A DNA stretch of 64,000 nt. It comes from Nitrosopumilus sp. (GTDB lineage Archaea; Thermoproteota; Nitrososphaeria; Nitrososphaerales; Nitrosopumilaceae). Shown here piece by piece: positions 49,090-57,247 of the stretch; position 1 is the first letter of the stretch, and the number at the start of each line of letters is the position of its first letter. The notes under the pieces were generated by a model that was given only the letters and a program-made list of their open reading frames with translations, made no database searches and had not been told where the DNA came from. The translations under genes and the position numbers were made by a program. The stretch is taken from the NCBI GenBank assembly GCA_003702495.1, contig REGH01000002.1:4917-68916 (forward strand), in the 5' to 3' direction.

Positions 49090-50397
49090 TTACTTTCTTT
49101 TTCGGAATATTTCATCCTTTTCTTGTAATTCTTCGGTATATGTATCCATATCTAACATGAATTCCTCTTCATCAGAGTATGCTGATTCAGCATGTTCACT
49201 AATATCAAGTCCTACATCTTCAACTTCTGCAGTAACCCTAATTCCAATAAGATGTTTAATTATCTGCATAAGTATCCAGGTTCCACCAAATCCGATTACA
49301 GCTGCGACTGCAACACCTACGGCTTGAATCCATAATTGATCAGGATTGCCAAATAGGAGTCCATCAACGCCGCCGGGGTTAATCATAGTACTTGCAAAGA
49401 TACCAATTGCTAGAGAACCTACAATACCTGCAACACCGTGAACTGAGCTTACATCAAGTGCATCATCAATCTTTAGTTTCTCTTTGAATAACACTACACC
49501 AGAGTAAGAGATTACACCGATTGCTATTCCAATGACGAATGCGTGTTCAGCACTGACAAATCCAGATGCAGGAGTAATTCCAGCAAGACCTGCAATTGCA
49601 CCGTTAATTGTAGCAACAATTGATGGTTTTCCGGTTCTCACCCATGAAAGTCCTGCCCAAATTAAAGCAGAAACAGAAGAAGCCATGTGAGTTACAATTA
49701 CAGTGTTACCTGCAACACCACCTGATGCTGCAAGGGCACTACCTGCGTTAAAACCAAACCATCCAAGCCATAGCAAGGATGAACCGAGAACAGCTAGTGG
49801 AATACTATGAGGAATCATGATAGCAGGACCGTAATTTCTTCTCCTGCCTAAGACAAGTGCAGCAGCAAGAGCAGCCATACCAACACTAGTGTGAATTACA
49901 ATACCACCAGCAAAGTCTACAACACCTAGTTGTGCTAACCAACCACCGCCCCATACCCAGTGTACAAGAGGATAGTAGATGAGCATAGACCATGCGGATA
50001 TGAATATGATAAAGGAACTAAACTTCATTCTTTCAGCAATTGTTCCCGTAAGAAGCAATGGTGTAATACATGCAAACATCAATTGGAATTTTACAAACAG
50101 TACACCAGGAATAGTTGGAGCAAATGGCAATGCTTCATCTGAAGGAACTCCCTTAAGGAATGTCCATTGCATATCTCCTATCAAACCATGTTCTGAAGGA
50201 CTAAATGATAAACTAAATCCAAATACAAACCACATGACACTCAAAAGTGCCAATCCGAAAAATATTTGCATGAAAATTGAAGCTGCGTTTTTCTTTCTAA
50301 GTAAACCAGATTCAAAAAGACCCAATGCAGGGATCATAAGCAATACAAGACTTCCAGCTACAAGCATCCACGCTGTATCTCCAGAATCAAGTACCAT
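49090..50397 (-). CDS. amt: Ammonium transporter (Amt/Mep/Rh family)
   Basis: DSGDTAW, FQLMFA, ERMKF, DFAGGIVIH, WLGWFGFNAGS, DDALDV..VHG (twin His intact); ATG at 50397. Confidence 0.97.
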   Translation of the reverse strand: MVLDSGDTAWMLVAGSLVLLMIPALGLFESGLLRKKNAASIFMQIFFGLALLSVMWFVFGFSLSFSPSEHGLIGDMQWTFLKGVPSDEALPFAPTIPGVLFVKFQLMFACITPLLLTGTIAERMKFSSFIIFISAWSMLIYYPLVHWVWGGGWLAQLGVVDFAGGIVIHTSVGMAALAAALVLGRRRNYGPAIMIPHSIPLAVLGSSLLWLGWFGFNAGSALAASGGVAGNTVIVTHMASSVSALIWAGLSWVRTGKPSIVATINGAIAGLAGITPASGFVSAEHAFVIGIAIGVISYSGVVLFKEKLKIDDALDVSSVHGVAGIVGSLAIGIFASTMINPGGVDGLLFGNPDQLWIQAVGVAVAAVIGFGGTWILMQIIKHLIGIRVTAEVEDVGLDISEHAESAYSDEEEFMLDMDTYTEELQEKDEIFRKRK

Positions 50398-50437
50398 GAG
50401 AGAAAAAAATATTTTTTGATTAATAACCATATCTTAG

Positions 50438-50472
50438 TTTGATATTCAAATGATTATCATTTGATATTCAAA
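50438..50472. promoter_or_regulatory. Tandem palindromic operator candidate between divergent amt and glnK
   Basis: TTTGATATTCAAA-TGATTATCA-TTTGATATTCAAA; two identical 13-mers 22 bp apart. Confidence 0.6.
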
Positions 50473-50513
50473 ATCAGAAATTATATTTATCAAGTCGTAA
50501 TTACAATTATCAA

Positions 50514-50846
50514 ATGCTCAAGATAGAAGTTATTCTAGGTGAAAATGACGTCATGGCAATTAGTGAAGCACTGAAAAACATAGGTATTGGAGGTCTTACA
50601 GTTTCCAAAGTTAGAGGTAGAGGAAAAAGACCAGGTCCAGAAATCCACGCCTCCAAAGGCAGTGAGATCTTTGTTCCACAATTTAGTGAGAAGTACTTTA
50701 TTGAGGCAATCATCCCTGAGTCTAAAGAAGATGAAGTAGTTAAAATCATCAAAGAAAATGGCAGGGTTGGAAAAGTATTCATCTCACAAGTTTTACGTGC
50801 AGTAGATATTGCCACAGGTGACGAAGGCGAATCAACAATTATGTGA
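50514..50846 (+). CDS. glnK: P-II nitrogen regulatory protein (GlnK/GlnB)
   Basis: MLKIEVI, GLTVSKVRGRG, GKVFIS; divergent from amt. Confidence 0.9.
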   Translation: MLKIEVILGENDVMAISEALKNIGIGGLTVSKVRGRGKRPGPEIHASKGSEIFVPQFSEKYFIEAIIPESKEDEVVKIIKENGRVGKVFISQVLRAVDIATGDEGESTIM

Positions 50847-50890
50847 TCAGTATGAGTATTCGTAAAAACAAATTATTTCATAGAGAAAAG

Positions 50891-50980
50891 ATGCAGCCAA
50901 TCAAGCCTAAAGATTACCCAAAGGTAGCTGTAATCATTGGAATAATTGTTATACCACCAATTTTATTATTCTTTATATGA
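50891..50980 (+). CDS. Putative 29-aa membrane micro-protein A
   Basis: MQPIKPKDYPKVAVIIGIIVIPPILLFFI; stop overlaps the next ATG (ATGA). Confidence 0.5.
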   Translation: MQPIKPKDYPKVAVIIGIIVIPPILLFFI

Positions 50981-51075
50981 AAACTTCCAAAAAAATATCC
51001 ATTGCAAAGTTGGTTATGGCAGGGGTAGGTTTGACTTTGGTAGGATTATGGTTATTTTCAGAGTATATTTTCTAG
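50977..51075 (+). CDS. Putative 32-aa membrane micro-protein B
   Basis: MKTSKKISIAKLVMAGVGLTLVGLWLFSEYIF; ATGA-coupled to micro-protein A. Confidence 0.5.
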   Translation: MKTSKKISIAKLVMAGVGLTLVGLWLFSEYIF

Positions 51076-51078
51076 AGA

Positions 51079-51660
51079 TTAAAAATCGCCAAAATTATTT
51101 TCATAAACAATTGTAGGATTCTTTAATTGTTTTTCTAATGTTGGAAGATATTTCATTATACAATGATTAACAAAATCACTAAATGATTTTATTCTGTAAT
51201 CGGTTCGAAGCGTTTCTTTATTTTCTTCATATATTACTTGGAGTTTATGTAAAGTGAATTTTTGTAATGGGATGAATCTACTACGTTTTGGTAATTGGAT
51301 AGAAGAAGGTTTTTCATCAATTACAAGTTCAAGATCTTGTGTAGCATCATTTGTTTCCATGTCGACAACTTCTTCCATTTCAGAGACAAAGATTTTTCCA
51401 CCATGACTTGCAGATAACCCAGAATTTTTTGAAATCATTTCAACTACTTTTCGTGCATCCTTGTCTGGGACTACCATTTCGATTTTAGCTAAAGGAATTG
51501 ATTTAAGTCCAGTTGAACCAACACGAGAGCCTTTCGATTCATCATAGATGTTACTGTCTTCTAAATTTCGTTTATCTATAATGTAAGTACCAACAATGTG
51601 CAAGTTACTTTTGATAGTAGGGAAATTCTTCCTTTTGATTACAGCTTCTATCTTTTTCAC
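51079..51660 (-). CDS. Divergent P-II-family protein with ~85-aa C-terminal extension
   Basis: MKKIEAVIK, KIEMVV, GGKIFVSEMEEVV P-II core; extension RFIPL-helix-SFSDFVNHCI. Confidence 0.85.
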   Translation of the reverse strand: MKKIEAVIKRKNFPTIKSNLHIVGTYIIDKRNLEDSNIYDESKGSRVGSTGLKSIPLAKIEMVVPDKDARKVVEMISKNSGLSASHGGKIFVSEMEEVVDMETNDATQDLELVIDEKPSSIQLPKRSRFIPLQKFTLHKLQVIYEENKETLRTDYRIKSFSDFVNHCIMKYLPTLEKQLKNPTIVYENNFGDF

Positions 51661-51842
51661 AAGTAATTTTCAAAAAAGGGGTTATTTATGACATTAGACC
51701 AATATCAAGTATAATACCAGATCGTACTCAGTCGATACATGATATTTTTTTAGGCATCAAATGTAGGTGTAAAAAAATCAGCTAGAAAGATCAACAAAGC
51801 TCAAGTTAAAGACTAATAAAGTAATGTACCGTACCATACGGT

Positions 51843-52190
51843 ATGATGAGAGCAAGACTAACATATGTACCACTAGAAGTGGCAGAACAATTCGAAGATT
51901 TCATAATCAAAAGAGATGAAGAGATTCTAGGTGCAGTAAAAGCAAGAACTAGAGATTACAGTACTTTATCATTATTGAAATTACTGTATCAACTAAGAGG
52001 AAATCCAATGACATTTTCAGAATTGTATTCAAAATCGAAGATCAGAATGAAAAAGTCATTTTTGAACTATCTTCACTTATGTGTTGATTACAACTTTGTC
52101 AAAAAAGAGGCAGTTGGATCAAACATGATCTATACAATTACAGACAAGGGACACACAATGTTGAGTCTCTTTATGCAAAAAAACAACTAA
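51843..52190 (+). CDS. Winged helix-turn-helix transcriptional regulator
   Basis: PMTFSELYSKS...FLNYLHLC...YTITDKG wing motif. Confidence 0.8.
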   Translation: MMRARLTYVPLEVAEQFEDFIIKRDEEILGAVKARTRDYSTLSLLKLLYQLRGNPMTFSELYSKSKIRMKKSFLNYLHLCVDYNFVKKEAVGSNMIYTITDKGHTMLSLFMQKNN

Positions 52191-53452
52191 GACATCTCAA
52201 AGGTAGGAATTCCAGCATTCCACACTAGTTTCAACTCTGAATCATCTTGGTGATTTCTAACAAGATCATCCATATCTAGAACATGTTGTTCTTGTAAAAT
52301 CTTCATGATACGTGTTTGATCAGTCAAAGTATCTTCTTCAAGATTAGAGTATTTTTCTCTAATCGCGGTGATTTCTTGACTGAGTTGTTTTTGTTTTATT
52401 TGGGAGTTGTTGAATTTCTGAAGGGTTAGTTGTTCTGCTTGTTTTTGTTCATTGGATAGTTTAGTGAAAAGAGATTTGTACTCTAGTTTTGTGTCATGCA
52501 TTTTTTTCTCATAATGTTCGTGCATATTTTGAATTCGGTAGTTGAGATTTTCTACTTTTTTTGAAATCCTGTCAAAATCTAATTTCTTAATATCAACAGG
52601 TTCTTTTTCTACAAAGTTTTCAGTCACTAGTTTTCCCATTCCGTGTTGAATCCACATCTCAGCAGTGTATTCTGTAGTACACACGTAATCACTAGCATGG
52701 ATTCTATAGACTAACGTATAACCAGGTCTGCATTCGGTACTAGGGTTAGTTTTACTCAAATCTTCCCAAGAAACAGAATCAAGGGGATTTGCATCTAGAT
52801 ATTCAGGGTTTGTTCTAAAATCTTGATAGTATTTTCGTAATTCCTCTCCAGATAATTCATGATCAAATTTACCATCAGATTCAAAGAGAACTTGTTGGTT
52901 ATAGTATGCATTATTGTATAGAACATTGTGTAGTGCATTTACAGACAACATTTCAGCACGAGTAATTTTTGCAGCTTTGACAAATGCATCTCTTGCTTGT
53001 TCAGAACTTCCTCCATCCAAAACTACTTTTTGTAATGCTTCTCGTCCAGCATCAATCTTTGACGCAGTAAATTTCAGAGGGTGATCATAAATGCTGTCAG
53101 TCTCTTTTGCAGGATGGTTTTCTAGTGCTCTTTCAAGCATGCTATCAAATGTGTAATAGCCCCAAAGTTCTTCCCATTTCCTAAGATCATTTTTTAGGCT
53201 TTGTAGTACTTCAGCACGTTTTTGTTCTAATTCTAAATGTCTTTGAGAATTCTCAAAACTTTTTTTCTCAATTTGCGCAATCCATTTTTTGCTTTGTTCA
53301 ATTTTTTTAAGAATGTCTTGAGCTACAGGATTATGGAGAAGATCTCCAGATAAGGTTGTTTGATCCCCTGTTGTTTGAGCATATGCAGAATTAAAAAAAA
53401 GGGTAAAAAATAAACTCGCTGCAAATATGTATCCTGTACCCCTCATGGACAA
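52187..53452 (-). CDS. Secreted hypothetical protein (421 aa)
   Basis: Signal peptide ending AYA; coiled coils; CRPGY...YVC two-Cys module. Confidence 0.8.
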   Translation of the reverse strand: MSMRGTGYIFAASLFFTLFFNSAYAQTTGDQTTLSGDLLHNPVAQDILKKIEQSKKWIAQIEKKSFENSQRHLELEQKRAEVLQSLKNDLRKWEELWGYYTFDSMLERALENHPAKETDSIYDHPLKFTASKIDAGREALQKVVLDGGSSEQARDAFVKAAKITRAEMLSVNALHNVLYNNAYYNQQVLFESDGKFDHELSGEELRKYYQDFRTNPEYLDANPLDSVSWEDLSKTNPSTECRPGYTLVYRIHASDYVCTTEYTAEMWIQHGMGKLVTENFVEKEPVDIKKLDFDRISKKVENLNYRIQNMHEHYEKKMHDTKLEYKSLFTKLSNEQKQAEQLTLQKFNNSQIKQKQLSQEITAIREKYSNLEEDTLTDQTRIMKILQEQHVLDMDDLVRNHQDDSELKLVWNAGIPTFEMS

Positions 53453-53845
53453 AAATTTGAAATTTTACTATTTAGTGGGCACTGATAAATTATCAGTAAA
53501 ATTTCACGTTTTAGGCACAAAGTAAGGGAAAAAGTCAGGTCAAAATTGACCTGACAGAAACGCAATGGTCTGGCACACGCTTGATGAATGACTCCCATCA
53601 ATTGTATAAGAATACTAGAGATAATTTGCATAAAAAAGACACGTAGAAATTGTTCATACAAATCATCAGAATATCCTAAATATCATTTTTGTAAAAATAA
53701 CATAATTGGAACTGTCACCAAGAAACTAATCGTTTTTGGTCTTAAGTTCTAATTATTACAGAGAGGTTACTAAATTCTGTCTAACAAAAAGTGTACAAAA
53801 TACTTAGTCATTAAAGTAATTAGACAGAACAAATCGACGTAAACA

Positions 53846-54571
53846 GTGCCAGAAGAATTTCCAGAAGCAGAAGTATTTGAAATAAAAAAAGTTGAGTTAA
53901 AAAGTCCCATAATTTTTGCAGGGTTTGTAGGTGCAGGTCTTGTAGGACCAGTTGCAATAAATCACATAATTGAAAAATTAGAAATGGATGAAATTGCAGT
54001 TATGAGATCAAAATATCTTCCACCATCAACAGTATTCATGAGAGGAAGATTACGTCATCCATTTAGATTCTATGCAAACAAGGAAGGAACAATTTGTGCA
54101 ATAATATGTGAGATCACGTTAAGGATGGATGGTCTTTATTCATTAGTTGCATCAATTTTAGATTGGGCTGCAAACAAAGGATCAAAAGAAATTGTAATTT
54201 TAGATGGAGTTGCAAGTACTGAACATGACGATAAAGCATATTGTGCTGCTGAAGAAGATTTGGTCAGAACGATGGCAGACAAAGATATCAGTATGATTCC
54301 GCAAGGATTCATTACAGGAATACCAGGAGGAATTCTAAACGAGTGTCTAGTAAGAGAAATTCAAGGGTTAACATTATTGGCAAAGGCAAGCAGAGACACA
54401 ACAGATTCAGGAGCAGCAGCTACGCTAATTGAGGCTTTAAATCGCTTCTACGATATAGAAATAGACACAACAGATCTGCAAGAAGAAAAAGACAGAATTC
54501 ACTCAGAGTTTAGTGAGTTATCTCAAAAATATGTAGAGCACAGAGAAGAAATAGCTGGAATGTATATGTGA
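53846..54571 (+). CDS. PAC2-family proteasome assembly chaperone
   Basis: IFAGFVGAGLVG, PFRFY, ILDG, ITGIPGGIL, acidic tail ending GMYM. Confidence 0.82.
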   Translation: MPEEFPEAEVFEIKKVELKSPIIFAGFVGAGLVGPVAINHIIEKLEMDEIAVMRSKYLPPSTVFMRGRLRHPFRFYANKEGTICAIICEITLRMDGLYSLVASILDWAANKGSKEIVILDGVASTEHDDKAYCAAEEDLVRTMADKDISMIPQGFITGIPGGILNECLVREIQGLTLLAKASRDTTDSGAAATLIEALNRFYDIEIDTTDLQEEKDRIHSEFSELSQKYVEHREEIAGMYM

Positions 54572-54620
54572 GTAAACCAATGAGCAAATTCTTTTATTCA
54601 GAACAAAAAGGTATGAAATT

Positions 54621-55643
54621 ATGGCTTTAACATACAAGAAAGCAGGAGTAGATATTTCAAAAATCAAACAAAGCCAGATGGCAATTGGCAAATTAATTTC
54701 ATCAACTCACAGACTTCAGAAGAAAGCAAAGATAGCACATGGGTTTGGTCATTATGCAGGAATTGTAGAAATTCCAGGTGGAAAACTTTTAGCAACACAT
54801 ACTGATGGGGTTGGGACAAAAGTTGTAATTGCAAATATGATGAAAAAGTACAACACAATAGGAATTGATTGTGTTGCAATGAATGTCAATGATATAATCT
54901 GTATCGGCGCAACACCAATATCATTTGTCGACTACATTGCTGCAAACAAAAATGATGTACCAATTTTCAAAAAAATTGTAGAGGGTTTAGTTAAAGGTGC
55001 AAAGAAATCTGCAATGCCAATTGTGGGTGGAGAAACGGCAATCATGCCAGATGTCATAGAAGGAAAAGGATTTGCATTTGATTTGGCAGGGATGGTTGTT
55101 GGGCTAGTAGAGAAAAAACAGATGGTACTTGGAAATAAAATAAAATCAGGAGATGTGATTATTGGTGCAAACAGTACAGGAATCCATTCAAATGGTTACT
55201 CGCTTGCAAGAAAAGCATTATTGAAAAAGTATTCAGTCAAAGACAAAGTAAAGGGCGTAGGCACTATAGGAGATGCATTACTCAAGCCAACTGAAATCTA
55301 TACAAAGCCAGTTTTAGAGATGGTAGAAAAATGCAAGATCAACGGTCTAGCACACATTACAGGAGGCGCATTTACCAAGCTATTACGCCTCAAGAAAATA
55401 GGCTATGAGATAGATTCTTTGCCAAAAATACCACCAATCATGGGCCTCGTAGAAGAACAAGGTGTAAAACCTGAAGAAATGTATAAGACATTCAATATGG
55501 GAGTAGGATTTTGTGTAATAGCACCAAAAGATCAGGTGACAAGAATCAAATCAATATTCAAAAAGAATAAGATCTCAAGTCATGAGATAGGCCAAATAGT
55601 TTCTAAGAAAGGTGTCTTTGTCAATTCACAAAAAATTGCTTAA
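54621..55643 (+). CDS. purM: Phosphoribosylformylglycinamidine cyclo-ligase (AIR synthetase)
   Basis: TYKKAGVD, TDGVGTK, DCVAMNVND, GGETA, SNGYSL, HITGG, TFNMGVG. Confidence 0.96.
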   Translation: MALTYKKAGVDISKIKQSQMAIGKLISSTHRLQKKAKIAHGFGHYAGIVEIPGGKLLATHTDGVGTKVVIANMMKKYNTIGIDCVAMNVNDIICIGATPISFVDYIAANKNDVPIFKKIVEGLVKGAKKSAMPIVGGETAIMPDVIEGKGFAFDLAGMVVGLVEKKQMVLGNKIKSGDVIIGANSTGIHSNGYSLARKALLKKYSVKDKVKGVGTIGDALLKPTEIYTKPVLEMVEKCKINGLAHITGGAFTKLLRLKKIGYEIDSLPKIPPIMGLVEEQGVKPEEMYKTFNMGVGFCVIAPKDQVTRIKSIFKKNKISSHEIGQIVSKKGVFVNSQKIA

Positions 55644-55715
55644 TTTAACAATAGTAAAATAATTTTCAACCTAGTATCGCCTTATATTACACATTTCTCC
55701 AGAATTATCAGAGAG

Positions 55716-56966
55716 ATGGCTGCAGAAGCACAATTTATTGAGACAATTATTGGAATTGGAATTCTTCTTTTTGCAGCTAAATTAATGGCGGAACTTTTCT
55801 TGAGATTAAAACTCCCAATTGTGTTAGGAGAATTATTAGCAGGAATGATTGTTGGACCATTTGCATTAGGTCAATTTTTCATCATAGATGGAAAACAATT
55901 GTTGCACATCAATGAAGAAATCAAAATTCTAGGAGAGATGGGTGCAATTGTAATTTTGTTTATGGCAGGATTAGAAATGACACCAAAAGAATTTTTGAAA
56001 GGAGGAAAAGCATCATTTACAGTTGGAACATTAGGGGTAGTTGTCCCGTTCTTTGCAGGTTTTGTAATTTTTGGATTGTTTGGATTTGAAGCATTAGAAT
56101 CAATGCTGATTGCAACAGCGTTAACAGCTACCAGTATTGCAATTTCTATTCAGGTGTTAAGTGAATTTGGTAAACTAAAGGCACCTGAAGCTAGATTAAT
56201 CATTGGTGCTGCAGTAGTTGATGATATTTTAGCAATTGCGGTATTGTCAGTAGTAATTTCAATTACAGGTTCAGACGCAGGAATTGAAAGTATCAATATT
56301 GCAGATGTGGCAATAACAATTCTGCAAGTATTAGGATTCTTTGCAATAATGTTAGTAGTAGCAGTGATAGTAATTCCCAAAGTCATCACTCCAAGACTGT
56401 GGAAGGCAAAGGGTAGTGTGGAGGGAATTGCGACTGCGTCGTTCTTTGGTGCAGCAGCGCTTGCAGGCTCCATAGGGTTGTCACCGATTGTAGGTGCATT
56501 TGCAGTAGGAATGGCATTATCAACAACCAAAGTGTTTGAAAAAGTTGAAAATTACATTGGAAAGATTGGATTAATTTTTGCACCATTATTCTTTGCAATT
56601 ATTGGAGCACAAGTAGACCTTCGCGCAGTTGATTTGAATATTTTGATGATCAGCGGAGTGATCATTGTAGTTGCAATTGTTACAAAGCTGCTTGGCTGTG
56701 GCCTTCCAGCAATGTTCTTCTTGAAAAACAAAGCTCAAGGAATGAGAGTAGGTATTGGAATGATTTCAAGAGGAGAGGTAGGGTTAATTGTTGCAGGAGT
56801 AGGAGTTACTGCAGGAGTACTAACATCAGAAGTATATTCTACAATTGTAATCATGGTTGCAGTTACAACAATAATCACACCAATTTGGTTGAAGATGGAA
56901 TATAGAAAAGAACAAAGAGGTGGAAATGGCAGACCAGAGCAAAGCATAGAACAAAAACCAGAATAA
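55716..56966 (+). CDS. Cation:proton antiporter (CPA2, NapA-like)
   Basis: VLGELLAG, TSIAI, AAVVDD, VGAFAVG, MISRGE. Confidence 0.92.
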   Translation: MAAEAQFIETIIGIGILLFAAKLMAELFLRLKLPIVLGELLAGMIVGPFALGQFFIIDGKQLLHINEEIKILGEMGAIVILFMAGLEMTPKEFLKGGKASFTVGTLGVVVPFFAGFVIFGLFGFEALESMLIATALTATSIAISIQVLSEFGKLKAPEARLIIGAAVVDDILAIAVLSVVISITGSDAGIESINIADVAITILQVLGFFAIMLVVAVIVIPKVITPRLWKAKGSVEGIATASFFGAAALAGSIGLSPIVGAFAVGMALSTTKVFEKVENYIGKIGLIFAPLFFAIIGAQVDLRAVDLNILMISGVIIVVAIVTKLLGCGLPAMFFLKNKAQGMRVGIGMISRGEVGLIVAGVGVTAGVLTSEVYSTIVIMVAVTTIITPIWLKMEYRKEQRGGNGRPEQSIEQKPE

Positions 56967-57247
56967 AATTAACAAGTAACGAATTCAACAAAAATTTATG
57001 AAAATCAACAACCTGTCAATTGAGGTAAACAGTCAATCTTTCAAAGAAAATGTGATTACAGAAATAATGAGAATCAAAGGATTTCAAAGTAAACACTTCA
57101 AAAAAATCAACAGGTAGAAAAGCAGTTAAAAAGATTAGAAGAGAAGGGATTATGAAAAACCTAATGAAAAAAGAAATTTAGGCTATGATAGAGTGAAAAT
57201 CAGTCAAATTGTTTAACGAATTTATGTCTAAATCAATGTGAGTACCC

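Noticed and set aside
53443-53661. 72-aa minus-strand ORF
   Set aside because: Runs through the palindrome-rich promoter and has atypical composition
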